16,225 bases of DNA from an uncultured Pseudomonadota bacterium (GTDB taxonomy: Bacteria; SAR324; NAC60-12). The notes below the pieces were generated by a model that saw only the letters and a list, made by a program, of their open reading frames with translations, did no database searches and was not told the DNA's origin. Within the stretch, counting starts at the first letter, position 1; each line of letters opens with the position of its first letter. Both the position numbers and the translations under genes were made by a program. Of the stretch, positions 13,192 to 16,225 are shown one piece after another. The stretch covers positions 1 through 16,225 of the forward strand of contig CAJWCD010000085.1 in NCBI GenBank assembly GCA_913020725.1, written 5' to 3'.

Positions 13192-14251
13192 GATATCCGT
13201 CCAGCAAATCCTCCGCATAGGCAAAAAGTGCGGGAGTCCCTCCAGTGTGGACGAACACCACGTTTTCACCTTGGCCAATTTGCCCTTTGCGAATGTGATC
13301 AATCAACCCGGCCATTGCCTTGCTGGTATAAACGGGGTCGAGAAAGATGCCCTCGGTTTGTGCAACCAGCTTGAGAGCCTCACGGGATTCCGCAGTCACC
13401 ACCCCGTAGCGTGGGCCGATATAGTCTTCGGAACAGTTAATTTCCTCCGGAGCCAGTTCGAGCGCAACTCCAAGTAGTCTGGCAGAGGCAGTGGCGATAC
13501 GGGCAATGTCCACCGACCGCGATTCCCGCCAGCGCACCGGGGAGATGCCCACCACCTGAGTGGCTCGTCCCAGCAAACGCATCCCCAGTGTCAAGCCTGC
13601 CGGAGTCATGTTCGCTCCGGAAACATAAAGATAGTCCGCTTGTACTCCCAAGGCGTCCAGTTGCTGATCCAACTCGATAGACGCATCCACATATCCGACG
13701 GCACATTGTGCAAGGATTTCTGGTTTGAAGGGACTGATGATGTACGGGCGGCGACCCTGCTTGCGCAGGCGCTCTGCTTCTTCCTCAATATACGGTGGAA
13801 GTTCCTGAATGTCCGGGATCTCCACAACTCGGATTTCTGCACCCATCAGGTCATCAAGCAAGAGATTCCCTTGGCGGGTTGTTCCTTTCTCACCGTGGAC
13901 CAGAACCAGCACCACGTCGAGCCCTAGCTTTTGGGCGGCGGCAGTGATCTGCCGGCACCAGTTGGACTGGGTGTAGGCACCGGCAACCAAGACATCCGCT
14001 TTCTGCCGGACGACTTCCGGAAGCAGGAATTCCAACTGCCGGGTCTTGTTACCTCCAAAGGCCAAGCCCGTCAGGTCATCGCGCTTGATGTAGATGTTGG
14101 GACCACCCAGCTCTTTGCTCAGCCGTGGGCAGAAATCCAGAGGAGTCGGCAGGTGTGCCAGTGAAACGCGCGGCAAGCCGTCAACCCGGACCTTCAACTC
14201 GTCACGGCTCAAAGGGGGGGTCGCTGATGAAAGTGTTGCGATGTCGTTCAT
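13181..14251 (-). CDS. D-cysteine desulfhydrase / ACC deaminase family PLP enzyme (non-ACC-deaminase type)
   Basis: LAHLPTPL, IKRDDLTGLAFGGNKTRQLEF, QSN, EGIFLDPVYTSKAMAGL, FVHTGG. Thr residues at YT and HTGG replace the Glu/Leu diagnostic of true ACC deaminases. Confidence 0.9.
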   Translation of the reverse strand: MNDIATLSSATPPLSRDELKVRVDGLPRVSLAHLPTPLDFCPRLSKELGGPNIYIKRDDLTGLAFGGNKTRQLEFLLPEVVRQKADVLVAGAYTQSNWCRQITAAAQKLGLDVVLVLVHGEKGTTRQGNLLLDDLMGAEIRVVEIPDIQELPPYIEEEAERLRKQGRRPYIISPFKPEILAQCAVGYVDASIELDQQLDALGVQADYLYVSGANMTPAGLTLGMRLLGRATQVVGISPVRWRESRSVDIARIATASARLLGVALELAPEEINCSEDYIGPRYGVVTAESREALKLVAQTEGIFLDPVYTSKAMAGLIDHIRKGQIGQGENVVFVHTGGTPALFAYAEDLLDGYHEN

Positions 14252-14292
14252 TGGGATTTTTCTGAAATTTGAAATTTCGAGACGGAATCATC

Positions 14293-15768
14293 TCAGGAGT
14301 TGTCAAAACGGAATGGAGCCAAGTCCTGTAGCCGCAGTGCACGGCCCGGACGAACTCCAGTGTGTTGTCCATCCTTCCAGACCACCCGACCATTCACCAT
14401 GACCTGCTCGATGCCTTGGGCGGGACGGATGGGATCGTCAAAGGTGGCGCTATCTATGATGGTGTCCGGATCGAAGATCACCAAATCCGCATAAGCTCCG
14501 GGCTGGAGGATGCCCCGATCCTTGAGGCCAAAGCAGGCGGCGGGCAGGGAGGTCATCTTGCGCACGGCCTCTTCCAAGCTGAAGAGTTTGATGTCCCGGG
14601 CGTAGTGCCCCAGCACTCGCGGAAAGGTACCCCAGAGCCGAGGATGGGGGTGAACATCGGCAGGCAGTCCGTCCGAACCGATCATGGTTTGCGGATACGC
14701 GAGGATGCGTCGCACATCGGCCTCGTCCATCATGAAGAAAATCCCCCCTCCAGGGATGAGTGCATCAATGGCCTCTTGTTGGCTCACTCCCAACTCATCA
14801 GCAATTTCGGAAAGTTCCCGGCCTGCAGCCTGCGGCATCGGTTCTGACCAGGTGATCAACACCTTCTGCGCCTGCAGGTGACGAGAGGCGGAAAGGACGG
14901 TAGAACCGGCGGTGTAGGGATAGGCGTCCAAGCCCAGAGGTTGTCCCTTCCGGGCTTGATCGATCAGGGCGAGGGTTTCCGGAGAGCGGCCATGACTGGG
15001 TTCACCGCTGCACTTGTGATGCGAAATCACAATCGGCACCTCGGCCTCAGCTCCGATGCTGAAGGTTTCCCGGAGCGCGTCCACAATCTGCTCACCCTCG
15101 TCGCGCATGTGGGTGGAGTGGAGCGCTCGTTGGTTGTGGAGGGCACGGGCGAGTTCGATGACTTCCGAGGTGGGTGCCGCTTTAGCAGGAGGATAGTAGA
15201 GTCCAGTACTCATCCCACAGGCTCCTGCGGCCAGCGCATCCTCCAGAGATTTTCGCATCTCTCGCACCTCATCCGCAGTTGCCGGACGGTCGTAGGAGTC
15301 CATTGACGAGGCCCGGAGCGTGGTGTGCCCTACTTGACAGATGGCGTTGAGCGCAGGGGGATCGTCGTCCAGCGCCTTGAGGTAGGCCCCAAAACTTGCA
15401 AAGAATTCATCCTTGCGCTTGCCCAGCAAGTCCAGCGGCGAGGGTGGACGGCCATCCAGCGTTAGCGGAGCGAGGCTGATGCCACAGTTGCCCGTCACGA
15501 CCGTGGTGACTCCTTGGCTGACCTTGCAACTCATCTTTGGATCGGAAAGCAAAACGCGGTCGTCATGCGTGTGCGTGTCCACGAATCCGGGACAGACCAC
15601 CTTGCCTCCGACATCAAGTTCACGGCTGGCCGAAAGGCCTCCAACCTCCCCCACCGCAAGCAGGCGATCGTCTCGAATGGCCACGTCGCCGTGTCGGGAA
15701 GCTGCGCCCGTGCCATCAATAAGGCGAGCGTTGCGGAGGATGAGGTCGGCGGGTTGGTTTTGTGGCAT
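14293..15768 (-). CDS. N-acyl-D-amino-acid deacylase (D-aminoacylase)
   Basis: PGFVDTHTHDD, QGVTTVVTGNCG, THMRDEG, SHHK, DAYPYTAGST, GSDG, HPRLWGTFPRVLGHY: all metal-ligand motifs present. Start placed at MPQNQ. Confidence 0.93.
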   Translation of the reverse strand: MPQNQPADLILRNARLIDGTGAASRHGDVAIRDDRLLAVGEVGGLSASRELDVGGKVVCPGFVDTHTHDDRVLLSDPKMSCKVSQGVTTVVTGNCGISLAPLTLDGRPPSPLDLLGKRKDEFFASFGAYLKALDDDPPALNAICQVGHTTLRASSMDSYDRPATADEVREMRKSLEDALAAGACGMSTGLYYPPAKAAPTSEVIELARALHNQRALHSTHMRDEGEQIVDALRETFSIGAEAEVPIVISHHKCSGEPSHGRSPETLALIDQARKGQPLGLDAYPYTAGSTVLSASRHLQAQKVLITWSEPMPQAAGRELSEIADELGVSQQEAIDALIPGGGIFFMMDEADVRRILAYPQTMIGSDGLPADVHPHPRLWGTFPRVLGHYARDIKLFSLEEAVRKMTSLPAACFGLKDRGILQPGAYADLVIFDPDTIIDSATFDDPIRPAQGIEQVMVNGRVVWKDGQHTGVRPGRALRLQDLAPFRFDNS

Positions 15769-15799
15769 GGTTGGGATTGTTGGCAAGTTTAAGGGTTCA

Positions 15800-16133
15800 T
15801 TAGGATTGCTCCTGAAGGTGCGTCTGATCAATGGCGACGGCTTCCTCCGGACTGATCACTCCCTTCGTGGCGGTGATCAGGTGATTAGGCTTGGGGTTCT
15901 CGGTGCAACCCAAAGTTGAAGACGGTGGACTTGGAGGGCGCACACTGGTCAAGATCACAGCGTGCGGTGATCAGTTCCTCCTCCTCCGTGACGCACATGG
16001 CAACGATCTCTCCGGAAGGAGCAATGATCTGTGAGCCTCCAATCATGGGCACCCCTTCCTCGTTTCCGGCTTTGGCAACCCCCACAACCCATGTGCCGTT
16101 TTGGTAAGCTCCGGATTGCATGACAAGACTGTT
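15800..16133 (-). pseudogene. C-terminal remnant of N-carbamoyl-D-amino-acid hydrolase (nitrilase superfamily), 5'-truncated and frameshifted
   Basis: LVMQSGAYQNGTWVVGVAKAGNEEG...SQIIAPSGEIVA...CDLD...FNFGLHREPQA. Removing one A at 15885-15887 (TAAT to TAT) restores YHLITATKGVISPEEAVAIDQTHLQEQS*. The upstream in-frame sequence is unrelated and closed by a stop. Confidence 0.8.
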
Positions 16134-16225
16134 ATCCCGCATTCCACCGGTTATTGCAACACCTGTTGTCTGAAAAGGCCCCGCGGTAAGTTATGTTCTT
16201 CGTGTGATCGAACACCTGAAGGACG

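Noticed and set aside
14261..14281. GAAATTT-G-AAATTTC palindrome between the aminoacylase and the PLP lyase
   Set aside because: Short, AT-rich and low-complexity; it could easily arise by chance.
1..16225. CRISPR arrays, tRNA/rRNA genes, transposases or integrases
   Set aside because: No regularly spaced repeats, cloverleaf or rRNA signatures, or recombinase motifs were seen on reading.

Overview
Bacterial chromosomal window that is mostly GC-rich, with one AT-rich block (301-800, about 33% GC by hand count). The core in the middle is intact: glnT/gmaS-type type III glutamine synthetase-family ligase, an RsmB/NOP-family RNA methyltransferase, argS, infA, a TerB-family protein and a highly degenerate ClpB/ClpC-like AAA+ protein with both Walker B glutamates replaced. 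The left flank holds a partial lipoprotein alpha/beta hydrolase, a self-contained ~170-nt transcription unit (near-consensus sigma70 promoter, strong SD plus 7-codon ORF, terminator), and the remains of a 2-oxoacid dehydrogenase operon. In that operon an E1alpha N-terminus is fused to an E1beta C-terminus, E2 is cut inside its lipoyl domain, and an intact SutA-like small gene sits between them. Two hypothetical genes and a CBS-domain gene follow. The right flank is a minus-strand D-amino-acid-derivative catabolic cluster: D-carbamoylase remnant, D-aminoacylase, D-cysteine desulfhydrase-family and SelA/DgaE-like PLP enzymes, and a creatininase stub. The stub abuts, in convergent orientation, an internal fragment of an N,N-dimethylformamidase large-subunit-family gene. 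Several remnants are missing from the ORF track. Family calls rest on motif recognition from memory, not on database searches, and assembly or amplification artefacts cannot be excluded for the junctions.
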